In this document: piece by piece, positions 1 to 10,417 of the stretch
Layout: each line of letters begins with the position of its first letter
Position numbering within the stretch: position 1 is the stretch's first letter
DNA from: an uncultured bacterium
GTDB taxonomy: Bacteria; Krumholzibacteriota; Krumholzibacteriia; Krumholzibacteriales; Krumholzibacteriaceae
DNA length: 64,000 nucleotides
Reading direction: 5' to 3'
Assembly (NCBI GenBank): GCA_963813815.1
Contig: CAWFAD010000010.1
Coordinates: 128,001-192,000 of the forward strand
The notes under the pieces: model-generated
What the model was told of the DNA's origin: nothing
Databases searched by the model: none
Seen by the model: only the letters and a program-made list of their open reading frames with translations
Made by a program: the position numbers and the translations under genes

Positions 1-2
1 TC

Positions 3-635
3 ATGGACCTCACCGGCTCCTCGCTCACGCTGCTCGTGAAGTCGGTCGGCCGCGGCTCGGAATCGCTGCGCTCCGCGCGAGCTCGGGAGCGGTTCGACAT
101 GATCGGTCCTCTCGGCGGCGTTTCCTTCCCGGGGCCGGGGGAGGCGGATGCCGTGTTCGTCGCCGGCGGCACGGGGCTCGCCCCGCTCCTCTTCGCCGCG
201 CGGGCGTGGCGCCGCGCGGGGATCGCCGCCCGGACGACGCTTCTCTACGGCGCCGCGACGAAGCGCGAGCTTCTCGGCGATCTCGTGCGGACGGCCTTCG
301 GGGCGTGCCGGTTCGCCACGCTCGACGGCAGCGCGGGGTTCCGCGGGGACGTCGTCGCGCTCTGCCGCGATCTCATCTCGCGCGGGCGAATGCCGGAGGG
401 CGTTCTCTACTCGTGCGGGCCGCGCGGCATGGTCCGCGCGCTCGAGGAAACGGCCGGCGGAAGTTTCGCGGCGCATTACACGTCGCTCGAATCGATCATG
501 GCATGCGGCGTCGGCGCGTGCCGCGGCTGCACGGTGCCCGTTCGCGGCGGGGGTGGAAGCGTCCTCAAGACGATCTGCAGCGACGGAACGGTTTTCGAGG
601 CGCGCGACATCCTCTGGGAGGAGTGGGAGGAATGA
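3..635 (+). CDS. pyrK: Dihydroorotate dehydrogenase B electron transfer subunit (probably 5'-truncated by window edge)
   Basis: VAGGTGLAP NAD-binding motif, YSCGP, and LESIMACGVGACRGC...ICSDG 2Fe-2S motif; ATGA overlap with pyrD. Confidence 0.9.
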   Translation: MDLTGSSLTLLVKSVGRGSESLRSARARERFDMIGPLGGVSFPGPGEADAVFVAGGTGLAPLLFAARAWRRAGIAARTTLLYGAATKRELLGDLVRTAFGACRFATLDGSAGFRGDVVALCRDLISRGRMPEGVLYSCGPRGMVRALEETAGGSFAAHYTSLESIMACGVGACRGCTVPVRGGGGSVLKTICSDGTVFEARDILWEEWEE

Positions 636-1546
636 AAGCGCACGGACCGGCGTTCTCCATCGGCCCGGCGGCGTTCCGGAACCGGGTGTTCCTCGCCTCC
701 GGCCCGGCCGGGTACGGCACCGAGTACGAGGGGCTCATCGATCTCGGGCGGCTCGGCGCCGTCGTCACGAAGACCATCACCTTTCATCCGCGCTCCGGCA
801 ACCCGGGACGCCGCCTCTGGGAAACGGGGGCGGGGCTCCTCAACAGCATCGGGCTCGAGAACGTCGGCGCGCAGCGGTTTTTCGCCGAGAAGCTTCCGCG
901 TCTCGTCGAGGCCGGCGCGCGTCCCGTCGTGAGCCTCGGCGCGGAGGATTGGGACGAGTACCGCTCCCTCCTCGACGCCGCCGCCGCGGCGGGCGTCGTC
1001 GACGCGGCGGAGCTCAACCTGTCGTGCCCGAACGTCGACCGGGGCGGGATGAGCGTCGGAGCCGATCCGGAGCTCGTCGAGCGGTACGTGCGGGCGGCGC
1101 GCGAGGCGCTGCCCGGGGCGGCGATCATCGCGAAGCTCACCCCAAACGTCGCCGACGTCACGGTTCTCGCGCGGGCCGCGGCCGAGGGCGGGGCGCACGC
1201 CGTGACCGCCATCAACACGCTTCTCGGAATGGATCTCTGCGGTTCCGCGAACGAGCCGGTTTTCCGGCGCGTGCGCGCGGGCCTCTCGGGGCCGGCGATA
1301 TTCCCCGTGGCGCTCGACGCCGTGTGGCGGATCAGCCGCGCCGTCGAAGTGCCCGTCGTCGCCTCGGGGGGCGTCTCGTCGGTTCTCGACGCGCGAAAGT
1401 TCCTCGCGGCCGGAGCCGCGGCCGTCGAGGTCGGCACGGCGATATTCTACGATCCCGGCCTTCCCGAGCGCATCGTCGACGCGCTGGAAGAGGCCGGCGC
1501 GGACGGCCCTCCGGAGACGAAACCTCGAAAGGGGAGAAAGAAATGA
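632..1546 (+). CDS. pyrD: Dihydroorotate dehydrogenase class 1B catalytic subunit
   Basis: LASG, VVTKT, NSIGLEN, ELNLSCPN, KLTPN, INT and GLSG motifs; start placed at ATG 632 after GGGAGG. Confidence 0.93.
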   Translation: MKAHGPAFSIGPAAFRNRVFLASGPAGYGTEYEGLIDLGRLGAVVTKTITFHPRSGNPGRRLWETGAGLLNSIGLENVGAQRFFAEKLPRLVEAGARPVVSLGAEDWDEYRSLLDAAAAAGVVDAAELNLSCPNVDRGGMSVGADPELVERYVRAAREALPGAAIIAKLTPNVADVTVLARAAAEGGAHAVTAINTLLGMDLCGSANEPVFRRVRAGLSGPAIFPVALDAVWRISRAVEVPVVASGGVSSVLDARKFLAAGAAAVEVGTAIFYDPGLPERIVDALEEAGADGPPETKPRKGRKK

Positions 1547-2268
1547 AGGTCAGCCGCGCCGCGCCCGCCGTCATCGCCGCCCTCGACGTCGAGGATCGCG
1601 CCCGCGCCCTCGCGCTCATCCGCGCCCTCGCGCCGGCGATTTCGTGGTTCAAGATCGGGAGCCGCCTCTTCACGGCCGAGGGCCCCGCGATCGTCGAGGA
1701 GGCGAGGAAGCTCGGAGCCTCGATATTTCTCGACCTCAAGTTTCACGACATACCGCAGCAGGTCGCGGGCTCGGTGCGCGCCGCCTCGGCGCTCGGCGTC
1801 TCGATGATGACGATCCACGCGTCGGGAGGCGTCGAGATGATGCGCGCGGCCGCCGGCGCCGCGGCCGAGGAATCGGAGCGGCTCGGAGTCGCCCGGCCGC
1901 TCGTCGTCGGCGTCACGGTGCTCACGAGCCTCTCGGCGGAGGATCTCTCGCGGCTGTTCGGAACGGCGGGCTCGGCGCGCGATCAGGTGCTCCGGCTCGC
2001 GGCGCTCGCCGGCGAGGCGGGGATCGACGGCATCGTGGCGTCGGTCGAGGAGGCGCGCGCCGTCAAGGGCGAGCTCGGCGAGCGGTTCGTCGTGGTCACG
2101 CCGGGTATACGGCCCGCCGGCGCCGACGCTGGCGACCAGAAGCGGATCGCCACCCCCCGCGCGGCGCGGGACGCCGGATCGGACTTCCTCGTCGTCGGAC
2201 GCCCGATCATCGAGGCGCCTTCGCCTGTCGACGCCGCCCGCGCGATCCTTCGCGAGCTCGGGGAGTGA
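1543..2268 (+). CDS. pyrF: Orotidine-5'-phosphate decarboxylase
   Basis: IFLDLKFHDIP, VTVLTS, VTPGIRP, DQKR and VVGRPI motifs; ATGA overlap with pyrD. Confidence 0.95.
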   Translation: MKVSRAAPAVIAALDVEDRARALALIRALAPAISWFKIGSRLFTAEGPAIVEEARKLGASIFLDLKFHDIPQQVAGSVRAASALGVSMMTIHASGGVEMMRAAAGAAAEESERLGVARPLVVGVTVLTSLSAEDLSRLFGTAGSARDQVLRLAALAGEAGIDGIVASVEEARAVKGELGERFVVVTPGIRPAGADAGDQKRIATPRAARDAGSDFLVVGRPIIEAPSPVDAARAILRELGE

Positions 2269-2273
2269 GCGGA

Positions 2274-3554
2274 ATGACGAGGGCCGTGATCATATTCCTC
2301 GCCGTGTACGCGGGACTCGTGATCGTCCGCAGCCGCCGTTCGCTCATCGCCTGGGGGGGCGTGGCGGTCGCGCTCGCGGCCGGATGCCTCCGGTTCGGCG
2401 AGATCGCGCCGAGCGTCAACTGGAACGTGCTCGGGATCTTCGCGGGGACGCTGCTCGTCGCGGAGCTCTTCATTATCTCGCGGGTTCCCGAGGCGATCGC
2501 GGATACCCTCATCAACCGCAGCCCGAACCTCGGCGTCGCCTTTTTCTCCATCATCGCCTTCACGTCGGTTCTCTCGATGTTCGTCGAGAACGTCGCGGCG
2601 ACGCTCATCGTCGCGCCGGTGGCCCTCCAGCTCGCGCGCAAGGCGGACGTGTCCCCCGTGCCGGTCATTATCGGACTCGCCGTGAGCTCGAATCTGCAAG
2701 GAACGGCGACCCTGATCGGAGACCCGCCGAGCATGATCCTCGGGGCCGCGATGAAGATGAACTTCATGGAATTCATCTTTTACCGCATGCGCGACGGTTC
2801 CGGCGAGATCCGGCCGGGCATCTTCTGGTTCGTTCAGGCCGGAGCCGTCGTGAGCCTCGTGGTGCTCTACTTCTTTTTCAGGGGGATGAAGCGCAAGCCG
2901 GACCGCATACCCGTGACCCCCGTGGCGAGCCTCGTTCCGGGCATGATGCTCGTCCTCATGATCCTGCTGCTCGCGCTGGCGTCGTTCGTCGATCCCGACT
3001 TCGTCTGGTTCGGCGGCGCCGTCTGCATGGCGGGCGGGATCGCGGGGGTGGCGTGGTACGGGATGCGCGACCGGAGCCGGGCCGGAAGAATCGTGCGCGG
3101 ATTCGACTGGGACACGGCGGCGTTTCTCGCGGGGGTGTTCGTGCTCGTCGGGATGCTCGAATCGCGCGGCGTGATCGACGCCGTCGTCACGCGGCTCGCC
3201 GGTCTGCGCGGAATGAGTCCCTTCGCTCTCTACTCGATCGTCGTATGGGCGTCGGTTATCCTGTCGGGATTCATCGACAACGTGCCGTATGTCACCGCGA
3301 TGCTTCCCGTCGTTTTGAAGCTCGCCCCCCAGATCGGCGTGCCGGTGGAGGCTCTCGCTTTCGGCCTCCTCCTCGGCGCGTGCATCGGCGGCAACATAAC
3401 GCCGATCGGCGCCTCGGCGAACATCGTCGCCGTGGGGCTTCTGCGCCGCGACGGCAGGGCTGTGTCGTTCGTCGATTTCATGAAGATGGGCGTCCCCTTC
3501 ACGGTTGCGGCGACCGCCGTTTCCTACGTCGCTCTCTGGTTGGTCTATCGCTGA
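2274..3554 (+). CDS. ArsB/NhaD/SLC13 (ion transporter superfamily) permease
   Basis: Multi-pass hydrophobic protein with SNLQGTATLIGDPPS, SGFIDNVP and GGNITPIGASAN motifs. Confidence 0.8.
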   Translation: MTRAVIIFLAVYAGLVIVRSRRSLIAWGGVAVALAAGCLRFGEIAPSVNWNVLGIFAGTLLVAELFIISRVPEAIADTLINRSPNLGVAFFSIIAFTSVLSMFVENVAATLIVAPVALQLARKADVSPVPVIIGLAVSSNLQGTATLIGDPPSMILGAAMKMNFMEFIFYRMRDGSGEIRPGIFWFVQAGAVVSLVVLYFFFRGMKRKPDRIPVTPVASLVPGMMLVLMILLLALASFVDPDFVWFGGAVCMAGGIAGVAWYGMRDRSRAGRIVRGFDWDTAAFLAGVFVLVGMLESRGVIDAVVTRLAGLRGMSPFALYSIVVWASVILSGFIDNVPYVTAMLPVVLKLAPQIGVPVEALAFGLLLGACIGGNITPIGASANIVAVGLLRRDGRAVSFVDFMKMGVPFTVAATAVSYVALWLVYR

Positions 3555-3572
3555 GCGGCGCCCCGATTCACG

Positions 3573-3608
3573 TTGACGGCGGCGGCGTAATGCCATTAGA
3601 ATATTACG
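3573..3608 (+). promoter_or_regulatory. sigma70-like promoter with overlapping inverted repeat
   Basis: TTGACG(3573)-18 nt-TAGAAT(3597); CGTAAT-N11-ATTACG spans the -10. Confidence 0.5.
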
Positions 3609-3693
3609 ATTGAACGAACCTCCGAGCGGCCGGCGCGCGGGGGCTGCCGGCGCGCGCCGGAACGGCCCGCCGCCTTGGCAAAGGGGCGAAGCG

Positions 3694-4656
3694 ATGAAAA
3701 TCTTGATAACCGGCATCACCGGTTTCGCGGGGAGCCACCTCGCCGATCTGTGCCTCACGAAGAAGGACGTCGATCTCTACGGGATCATCCGCTGGCGGAG
3801 CAGAACGGAAAACATCGAGCACATCTGGGAGCGGGTGAAGCTTGTCGAATGCGACCTGCGGGATGCGACCTCGACGCGGGACACGATCGAGCAGATTCGC
3901 CCCGACTGGATCTTTCACCTCGCCGCGCAGAGCTTCGTGCCGACCTCCTGGGCCGCGCCGACCGAATCGCTCGTGACGAACATCATCGGACAGCTCAACG
4001 TCTTCGAGGCGGTGCGGAAGATCAAGCTCGATTGCCGCATACAGATCGCCTGCTCGAGCGAGGAGTACGGGATGGTGCACCCGGACGAGGTTCCGATCCG
4101 GGAGACGAACCCGCTCCGTCCCTTGAGCCCCTACGCGGTGAGCAAGGTGGGGCAGGACATGCTCGCCTATCAATATCATATGAGCTACCGGACCGACGTC
4201 GTGCGGACGAGAGGCTTCAACCACACCGGGCCCCGCCGCCCGTCGATTTTCGTCTGCAGCGATTTCGCCAAGCAGCTCGTGGAGATCGAACGCGGCCATC
4301 GGCCGCCCGTCGTCCGCGTGGGCAACCTCGAGGCCCGGCGCGATTTCACCGACGTGCGGGACATCGTGCGCGGATACTGGCTCGCGCTCGAGAAGGGGAA
4401 AAGCGGCGAGGTCTACAACCTCTGCTCCGGCCGGAGCCACCGCATACGCGACGTGCTCGACATGCTCATCGGGCTCGTCGGCCTCTCGGTCAAGGTGGAG
4501 CCCGAGCCCGCGCGGATGCGTCCGAGCGACGTGCCGCATCTCGAGGGGGACAACCGGAAGTTCGCGGACGATACCGGCTGGCAGCCCGAGATCCCGTTCG
4601 AGCGGACCATGCGGGATCTCCTCGATTTCTGGCGGAAAACCCCCGCGCGCGCCTGA
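3694..4656 (+). CDS. GDP-mannose 4,6-dehydratase family extended SDR
   Basis: GITGFAGSHL, FHLAAQSFV, SSEEYG, SPYAVSK (YxxxK) and FNHTGPR motifs. Confidence 0.85.
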   Translation: MKILITGITGFAGSHLADLCLTKKDVDLYGIIRWRSRTENIEHIWERVKLVECDLRDATSTRDTIEQIRPDWIFHLAAQSFVPTSWAAPTESLVTNIIGQLNVFEAVRKIKLDCRIQIACSSEEYGMVHPDEVPIRETNPLRPLSPYAVSKVGQDMLAYQYHMSYRTDVVRTRGFNHTGPRRPSIFVCSDFAKQLVEIERGHRPPVVRVGNLEARRDFTDVRDIVRGYWLALEKGKSGEVYNLCSGRSHRIRDVLDMLIGLVGLSVKVEPEPARMRPSDVPHLEGDNRKFADDTGWQPEIPFERTMRDLLDFWRKTPARA

Positions 4657-4673
4657 GCGAATCGGACGGTCGT

Positions 4674-5700
4674 ATGAAGGTTCTCGTCACGGGAGCATGC
4701 GGATTCGTCGGAGTTCACTGCGTCCGCGAGCTCATTGGCGCGGGGCACGAGGTCGTCGCGAGCGACATCGTCGATCCCGGCGGCCGGTCTGAGCGCGGTC
4801 CGGGAGGAACGTCCGGCCGCCGTTCCCCGTCGCCGTTTCCCGCGGACGTCGTGTTCCATAGGTGCGATCTCGTTCGCGCCTCGTCCGTCAGCGATCTCGT
4901 TCGCGACATCCGCCCCGACGGCGTCTCTGCATCTCGCCGCGCAGAGCTCGGCCGCGAGGTCGCTCGAGGACCCGCGCGGAACCATCGATACGAACGTGTT
5001 CGGCGCGCTCAACGTCCTCGAGGCCGTCCGCGCCGCGCATCCGCCCTGCCCGCCGGCGAAAACCGTCTCCGGAAAAACGCGCGTTCTCTCGATCGGCTCG
5101 GCGGAGGAGTACGGGGCGCGCCCCGCTTCCGAGATGCCCCTCGGCGAGGGGAGCTCCCTCGAGCCGGCGAGCCCCTACGCGGTGAGCAAAGCCGCGCAGA
5201 CGATGCTCGCCGCGCAATACGCGCGCTCGTACGGTCTCGACGTCATTGCGACGCGGAGCTTCGCCCACACGGGCCCGGGGCAGAGCGACCGCTTCGTGCT
5301 GCCGTCCTTCGCGAAGCAGTGCGCCGAAATCATGGCGGGTAAACGCCCGCCGCGAGTCCGCGTCGGCAGGCTCGACGTCGTCCGCGATTACCTCGACGTG
5401 CGGGACGTGGCGCGCGCCTATCGCCTCATCCTCGAGGGCGGCGAGGAGGGCGCCGTGTACAACGTGTGCTCCGGCGAGGGGCTCGCGCTGCGGGACGCTC
5501 TCGCGTTCTTTGCGGGGGCGTGCGGCGCGGAGGTGGCCGTGGAAGAGGATCCCGGCCTTCTGCGCCGGGCCGACATCGCGCTCCTCGTGGGGGACAACGG
5601 CAAACTCCGCCGCGAGTGCGGATTCGAACGGACGATCGGCGTCGAAAAGATGCTCGGCGATTTGTTCGCGCGCTGGGAACGCGTCGCAAGGGAGTCGTAA
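4674..5700 (+). CDS. Second GDP-sugar SDR (Rmd-like reductase), one frameshift near 4926
   Basis: MKVLVTGACGFVG from ATG 4674; LHLAAQSS, SAEEYG and SPYAVSK continue in another frame after gac-ggc-gtc-t-ctg-cat. Confidence 0.75.
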
Positions 5701-7014
5701 ATGTTCAAGATTTGCGTGGTCGGAACGGGGTACGTCGGGCTCGTGAGCGGCGCCTGTCTCGCGGATTTCGGCAGTCGCGTCATCTGCGTCGATATCGACG
5801 AGGCCCGCATCGATTCCATCCGCTCGGGCGTCATGCCGATCTACGAGCCGGGCCTCAAGGATCTCGTCGAGCGGAATCAAGCCGCGGGGAGACTTCTCTT
5901 CACCGCCGATCTGAGCCGCGCCGTCAAGGAATCGACCGTCGTCTTCTCCGCCGTCGGAACGCCGCAGCGGGAGGACGGATCGTGCGATCTCGCCGCGGTT
6001 TTCCAGGCGGCGAAGGACGTCGCTTCGCATATGGAGGCGTACACCGTCTTCGTGCAGAAGAGCACCGTCCCCGTGGGCACGTCCGAGCGGGTCGGCGAAA
6101 TCATCGGCGCGAACCTCGCGCGCCCCGTTTCCTTCGACCGCGTCTCGAATCCGGAGTTTCTCCGCGAGGGATCGGCGATCGAGGACTTCATGCGTCCGAA
6201 CCGCGTCGTGATCGGCGTCGAGAGCGACCGCGCGAGGGAGATCATGCGCGAGATCTACCGCCCGCTCTACCTTCTCGAGACGCCGATCGTTTTCACGACG
6301 ATCCGGACAGCGGAGCTCGTCAAGTACGCGAGCAACGCGTTTCTCGCGACGAAGATCTCCTTCATCAACGAGATCGCCGAGCTCTGCGAGAAGGTGGGCG
6401 CCGACGTCGACGTCGTGGCGAGGGCCATCGGGCTCGACCGACGGATCGGTCCCAAGTTTCTGCACGCGGGGGTCGGCTACGGCGGCTCGTGCCTGCCGAA
6501 GGACGTCGCCGCCATCATCCATACGGCCGCGGAAGCCGGATCGCCGTTGCGAATCATCCGCGCCGCGGAGGAGGTCAACCGCTCGCTCGTCGAGCGGCTC
6601 GTCGAGAAGATGCTCGCGGAGCTCTCCTCCTTCGCCGGCCGGACGATCGCCGTCCTCGGGCTTTCGTTCAAGCCGAACACGGACGACATCCGCGAGGCGC
6701 CGGCGCTTCGCCTCATCGACCGGATCGTCGCCGGGGGCGGCCGGGTGAACGCGTACGATCCGGCCGCGATGGAGAACGTGCGCCGGCTCTACGGCGACCG
6801 GATCGCGTACTTCCGCGACTCCTACGGCGCGGTCGACGGCGCGGACGCGCTCGTCATCATGACCGAGTGGAACGAGCTGCGCGTGCTCGACATGGACAGG
6901 ATTAAGAAGTTCCTGCGCTCGCCGGTCGTATTCGATTGCCGCAACATCTACAAGAACGCCGAAATGGCCGCGTGGGGTTTTCGGTACCATTCCTTCGGCC
7001 GGCCGGGCGCGTGA
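5701..7014 (+). CDS. ugd: UDP-glucose/GDP-mannose dehydrogenase family protein
   Basis: GTGYVG, VGTP, KSTVPVG, SNPEFLREG, GYGGSCLPKD and FKPNTDDIRE motifs. Confidence 0.9.
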   Translation: MFKICVVGTGYVGLVSGACLADFGSRVICVDIDEARIDSIRSGVMPIYEPGLKDLVERNQAAGRLLFTADLSRAVKESTVVFSAVGTPQREDGSCDLAAVFQAAKDVASHMEAYTVFVQKSTVPVGTSERVGEIIGANLARPVSFDRVSNPEFLREGSAIEDFMRPNRVVIGVESDRAREIMREIYRPLYLLETPIVFTTIRTAELVKYASNAFLATKISFINEIAELCEKVGADVDVVARAIGLDRRIGPKFLHAGVGYGGSCLPKDVAAIIHTAAEAGSPLRIIRAAEEVNRSLVERLVEKMLAELSSFAGRTIAVLGLSFKPNTDDIREAPALRLIDRIVAGGGRVNAYDPAAMENVRRLYGDRIAYFRDSYGAVDGADALVIMTEWNELRVLDMDRIKKFLRSPVVFDCRNIYKNAEMAAWGFRYHSFGRPGA

Positions 7015-7048
7015 CGGCGCCGGCGTCGAAGAGGGGAAGGATCCGTCG

Positions 7049-8083
7049 ATGAAACACATCCTCGTCACGGGCGGAGCGGGCTTCATCGGCTCGAATTTCG
7101 CGCGCTTCCTGCTTCGCGAGCGCCGAGGCCTTCGCGTCACCGTGCTCGACAAGCTCACCTACGCGGGGAATCTCGAGAATCTCGCCGCCGCGCGGGGGCG
7201 CCGCGGATTCCGCTTCGTGCGCGGGGACATCTGCGACGCGCGGCTCCTCGACGAGCTGTTGCCGGGGGTCGACACCGTGTACAACTTCGCCGCCGAGACG
7301 CACGTCGACCGGTCGATTCTCGAGGGGGGGAGCTTCGTCCGAACGGACGTCCTCGGCACCTACGCCCTCCTGCAGGGCGCGCTGAAGCACCGCGTGCGGC
7401 GCTTCGTGCAGATCTCGACGGACGAGGTCTACGGAAGCATCGCGCGGGGGAGCTTTCGCGAAAACGATCCCCTCATGCCGAACAGCCCGTACTCGGCGAG
7501 CAAATCGGGCGGGGATCTCCTCGCGAGGTCGTTCTTCAAGACGTACGGGCTTCCCGCGATCGTCACGCGAAGCTCGAACAACTACGGTCCTTACCAGCAT
7601 CCGGAGAAATTCATCCCGCTCTTCGTCACGAACGCGATCGAGGGGAAGCCGCTTCCCCTCTACGGGCGCGGCGGAAACGTGCGGGACTGGCTGTACGTGG
7701 AGGACAACTGCCGCGCGATCGAGCTTGCGGGGCGCTCCGGCGAGCCCGGCGAGGTGTACAACATCGGCGGGGGAGAGGAGCGCTCGAACATCGAGATCGC
7801 CCGGCGCATCGTCGAGCTCGTCGGGGCCCCGCCGGAGAGCATCGTCTTCGTCTCCGACCGGCCGGGACACGACTGGCGCTACTCGCTCGATTGCCGGAAG
7901 CTCCGCGCGCTCGGGTTCCGCGCCCGGGTCGGCTTCGACGAGGGACTCGCCCGCACGGTGCGCTGGTACCGGCGCAACGAGGCGTGGTGGCGCCCGGTCA
8001 AGGAGGGGCGGTTCAAGTGGTATTACGGGAAACTCTACGGCGACCGGCTGCGCCGCGCGGGCGGAGCGAAGGAGCATCGATGA
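7049..8083 (+). CDS. rfbB: dTDP-glucose 4,6-dehydratase
   Basis: GGAGFIGSNF, DKLTYAGN, AAETHVDRSI, STDEVYG, PYSASK and DRPGHD motifs. Confidence 0.93.
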   Translation: MKHILVTGGAGFIGSNFARFLLRERRGLRVTVLDKLTYAGNLENLAAARGRRGFRFVRGDICDARLLDELLPGVDTVYNFAAETHVDRSILEGGSFVRTDVLGTYALLQGALKHRVRRFVQISTDEVYGSIARGSFRENDPLMPNSPYSASKSGGDLLARSFFKTYGLPAIVTRSSNNYGPYQHPEKFIPLFVTNAIEGKPLPLYGRGGNVRDWLYVEDNCRAIELAGRSGEPGEVYNIGGGEERSNIEIARRIVELVGAPPESIVFVSDRPGHDWRYSLDCRKLRALGFRARVGFDEGLARTVRWYRRNEAWWRPVKEGRFKWYYGKLYGDRLRRAGGAKEHR

Positions 8084-9171
8084 AAACCGCGGTCATCGTC
8101 GGCGCGAGGCCGAATTTCATGAAGGCCGCGCCGCTCATCCGCGAGTTCGCGGCGCGCGGCCGGTTCGACACGCTGCTCGTGCACACCGGACAGCACTATG
8201 ACGAGAACATGTCGCGCGTGTTCTTCGAGGATCTCGAGCTTCCCGAACCCGATATCTACCTCGGCGTCGGCTCCGGCTCGCACGCCGAGCAGACGGCGAA
8301 GGTCATGACCGCATTCGAACGGGTCGTGGAGCGCGAGCGGCCCGATCTCGTCACCGTCGTCGGCGACGTGAATTCGACGCTCGCCTGCTCGCTCGTGGCG
8401 GCCAAGATGCTCGTCCCCGTCGCGCACGTCGAAGCGGGGCTCAGGAGCTTCGACCGCAGGATGCCGGAAGAGACGAACCGCATGGTGACGGACGTGCTCT
8501 CGCGCTTCTGCTTCACGACCTCTCCCGAGGCCGAGACGAACCTCCTGCGCGAGGGCGTGACCCCGGATCGAATCTTCTTCGTCGGCAACATCATGATCGA
8601 TTCGCTCCTCTTCTACGTCGAGAAGGCGGAAACGTCGCGCGTTCTCGGCGACCTCGGCCTCGCCCCCGGGGGATACGTGCTCGTCACCCTCCATCGCCCC
8701 TCGAACGTCGACGACGCGGGGATTCTGCGCGGCATCATGGAGGCCCTCGGGGAGATCGCCCGCGCCGCGCCGGTCGTTTTTCCCGTGCACCCGCGGACGC
8801 GCAAGATGATCGAGGCGGCGGGGAGCTCGATCCGGGTGGCCGAAGGCATCAGGCTCGTCGAGCCGCTCGGCTACCTCGATTTCGTCAAGGCCGAGCGCCA
8901 CGCGCGCATGGTCATCACGGACTCGGGAGGCATCCAGGAGGAGACGACGGTTCTCGGCATTCCATGCCTCACGGTCCGGGAGAACACCGAACGTCCGATC
9001 ACGATCGAGCTCGGCACCAACGTCCTCGTCGGGACCGATCCCGCCCGCATCCGGGAGGAGGCGGCGGGCATCCTCGCCGGCGAGCCCCGGGCGCACCGCG
9101 TGCCGCCCCTCTGGGACGGACGGACCGCGGGCCGCATCGCGGACGTCCTCGAGCGGTATTTCCCCGCGTGA
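8080..9171 (+). CDS. wecB: UDP-N-acetylglucosamine 2-epimerase (non-hydrolysing)
   Basis: VGARPNFMK, HTGQHYD, GDVNST, HVEAGLRS, TDSGGIQEE and TERP motifs. Confidence 0.93.
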   Translation: MKTAVIVGARPNFMKAAPLIREFAARGRFDTLLVHTGQHYDENMSRVFFEDLELPEPDIYLGVGSGSHAEQTAKVMTAFERVVERERPDLVTVVGDVNSTLACSLVAAKMLVPVAHVEAGLRSFDRRMPEETNRMVTDVLSRFCFTTSPEAETNLLREGVTPDRIFFVGNIMIDSLLFYVEKAETSRVLGDLGLAPGGYVLVTLHRPSNVDDAGILRGIMEALGEIARAAPVVFPVHPRTRKMIEAAGSSIRVAEGIRLVEPLGYLDFVKAERHARMVITDSGGIQEETTVLGIPCLTVRENTERPITIELGTNVLVGTDPARIREEAAGILAGEPRAHRVPPLWDGRTAGRIADVLERYFPA

Positions 9172-9202
9172 GGCGGGAGGGGAGGGCGGTGGAGGGGGAA
9201 CG

Positions 9203-9218
9203 GCGCCGCGATTCGCAA
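9203..9218 (+). repeat. 16-bp direct repeat, copy 1 (GCGCCGCGATTCGCAA)
   Basis: Identical 16-mer at 10402-10417; both copies intergenic. Confidence 0.7.
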
Positions 9219-9286
9219 AGCTTTTCTTGACATCATTCTGCGGATTGTCAATCCTTGAAACGGGCGGTGATCAAGGAGCGGCGCAC

Positions 9287-10393
9287 GTGTCGAACATGGG
9301 GTTTTTTCTCGCATTCGCGCTTTCCGCGGGTTTGGCTCTCCTCTTTACGCCGATCGTGCGGGCTGTCGCGTCGCGATTCAACATTCTCGACAAGCCGAAC
9401 GGGCGAACGAGCCGCGACATAGCGCACATCGGCGGGGCGGCGATCATCGGGGCGATTCTCTTCTCGCTCCTTCCGGTGTTTCTTTTCGCCGTCGACGGCG
9501 GCGCGCTCGAGCGTTCTCTCGTGCCGGTGCTCATCGCGAGCGGCTTCCTCGTGTTTCTGCTCGGCATCATCGACGACCTGCAGAGTCTTCACTATCTCTA
9601 CAAGCTCGTTCTCCAGATATCGGTCTCCGTGTTCGTTTCGTCCGTGGGGCTCGCGCTGCTCGGCCACTTCCGCGTCATGATCGTGCCGCTCTACCTGCTG
9701 TTGCCGCTGTTCGCCGGCGCGGCGATGTGGATGCTCGTCGTGACGACGTCGTTCAACCTCGTCGACGGCCTCGACGGCCTCGCCGCCGGTATCGCCTGCA
9801 TCGCGGGCGTGTCGTTCGCCGCGGCGGGCATGGCCCTCCATCAGCCGATCGCGGTCGTGCTTGCGCTGGTCGTCTGCGGATCGGCGCTCGGATTCCTCCG
9901 GTACAACTTTCCGCCGGCGACGATCTTCATGGGGGATTCGGGAAGCCTCTTTCTCGGGCTTCTCTTCGGGCTCATTTCGCTCCTCCTGCTCATTCCCGGC
10001 ACGAACCTCTTTTTCCGCGCCGCGGGGAACGTCGTCATCCTCGGCGTTCCGATCCTCGACACCGCGCTCGCCTTCTCCCGGCGTCTCGCGACGCGGCGCC
10101 CCGTATTCGAGGCCGACCATCGGCACCTGCATCACATGCTCCTCTACCGCTTCTGCTCCGTTCGAAAGGTCGACGCGATCCTCTGGTCGCTCGCTGCCGC
10201 GTTCGGGGCGCTCGGTTTCTTCGTCATACAGGGAAGCGTGGCGGCTCTCTGCGCGGCCTTCGCGCTCATGGTCGGCGTGTACGTAGCGGCGCTCCGCAGG
10301 ATGGTTCGCGTCTCGATCGACGAGGGGGCGGACGAGAGGATTCTCCGCGCCTGCGGCATCGCCGCGTCGGACCCGGCGTCGCCCCGGCGCTGA
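9287..10393 (+). CDS. MraY/WecA/TagO family polyprenyl-phosphate GlcNAc-1-phosphate transferase
   Basis: GIIDD, FNLVDGLDGLA, YNFPPATIFMGDSGS and DHRHLHH motifs; AAGGAG before GTG 9287. Confidence 0.88.
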   Translation: MSNMGFFLAFALSAGLALLFTPIVRAVASRFNILDKPNGRTSRDIAHIGGAAIIGAILFSLLPVFLFAVDGGALERSLVPVLIASGFLVFLLGIIDDLQSLHYLYKLVLQISVSVFVSSVGLALLGHFRVMIVPLYLLLPLFAGAAMWMLVVTTSFNLVDGLDGLAAGIACIAGVSFAAAGMALHQPIAVVLALVVCGSALGFLRYNFPPATIFMGDSGSLFLGLLFGLISLLLLIPGTNLFFRAAGNVVILGVPILDTALAFSRRLATRRPVFEADHRHLHHMLLYRFCSVRKVDAILWSLAAAFGALGFFVIQGSVAALCAAFALMVGVYVAALRRMVRVSIDEGADERILRACGIAASDPASPRR

Positions 10394-10401
10394 AGCCCCG
10401 C

Positions 10402-10417
10402 GCGCCGCGATTCGCAA
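10402..10417 (+). repeat. 16-bp direct repeat, copy 2, abutting a putative promoter
   Basis: Identical to 9203-9218; followed by TTGCCT(10418)-17 nt-TAGCGT(10441) with extended TG. Confidence 0.65.

Noticed and set aside
4915..4935. Programmed frameshift in the Rmd-like SDR
   Set aside because: No slippery heptamer; removing one base restores DGVLHLAAQS; other indel errors exist in the window
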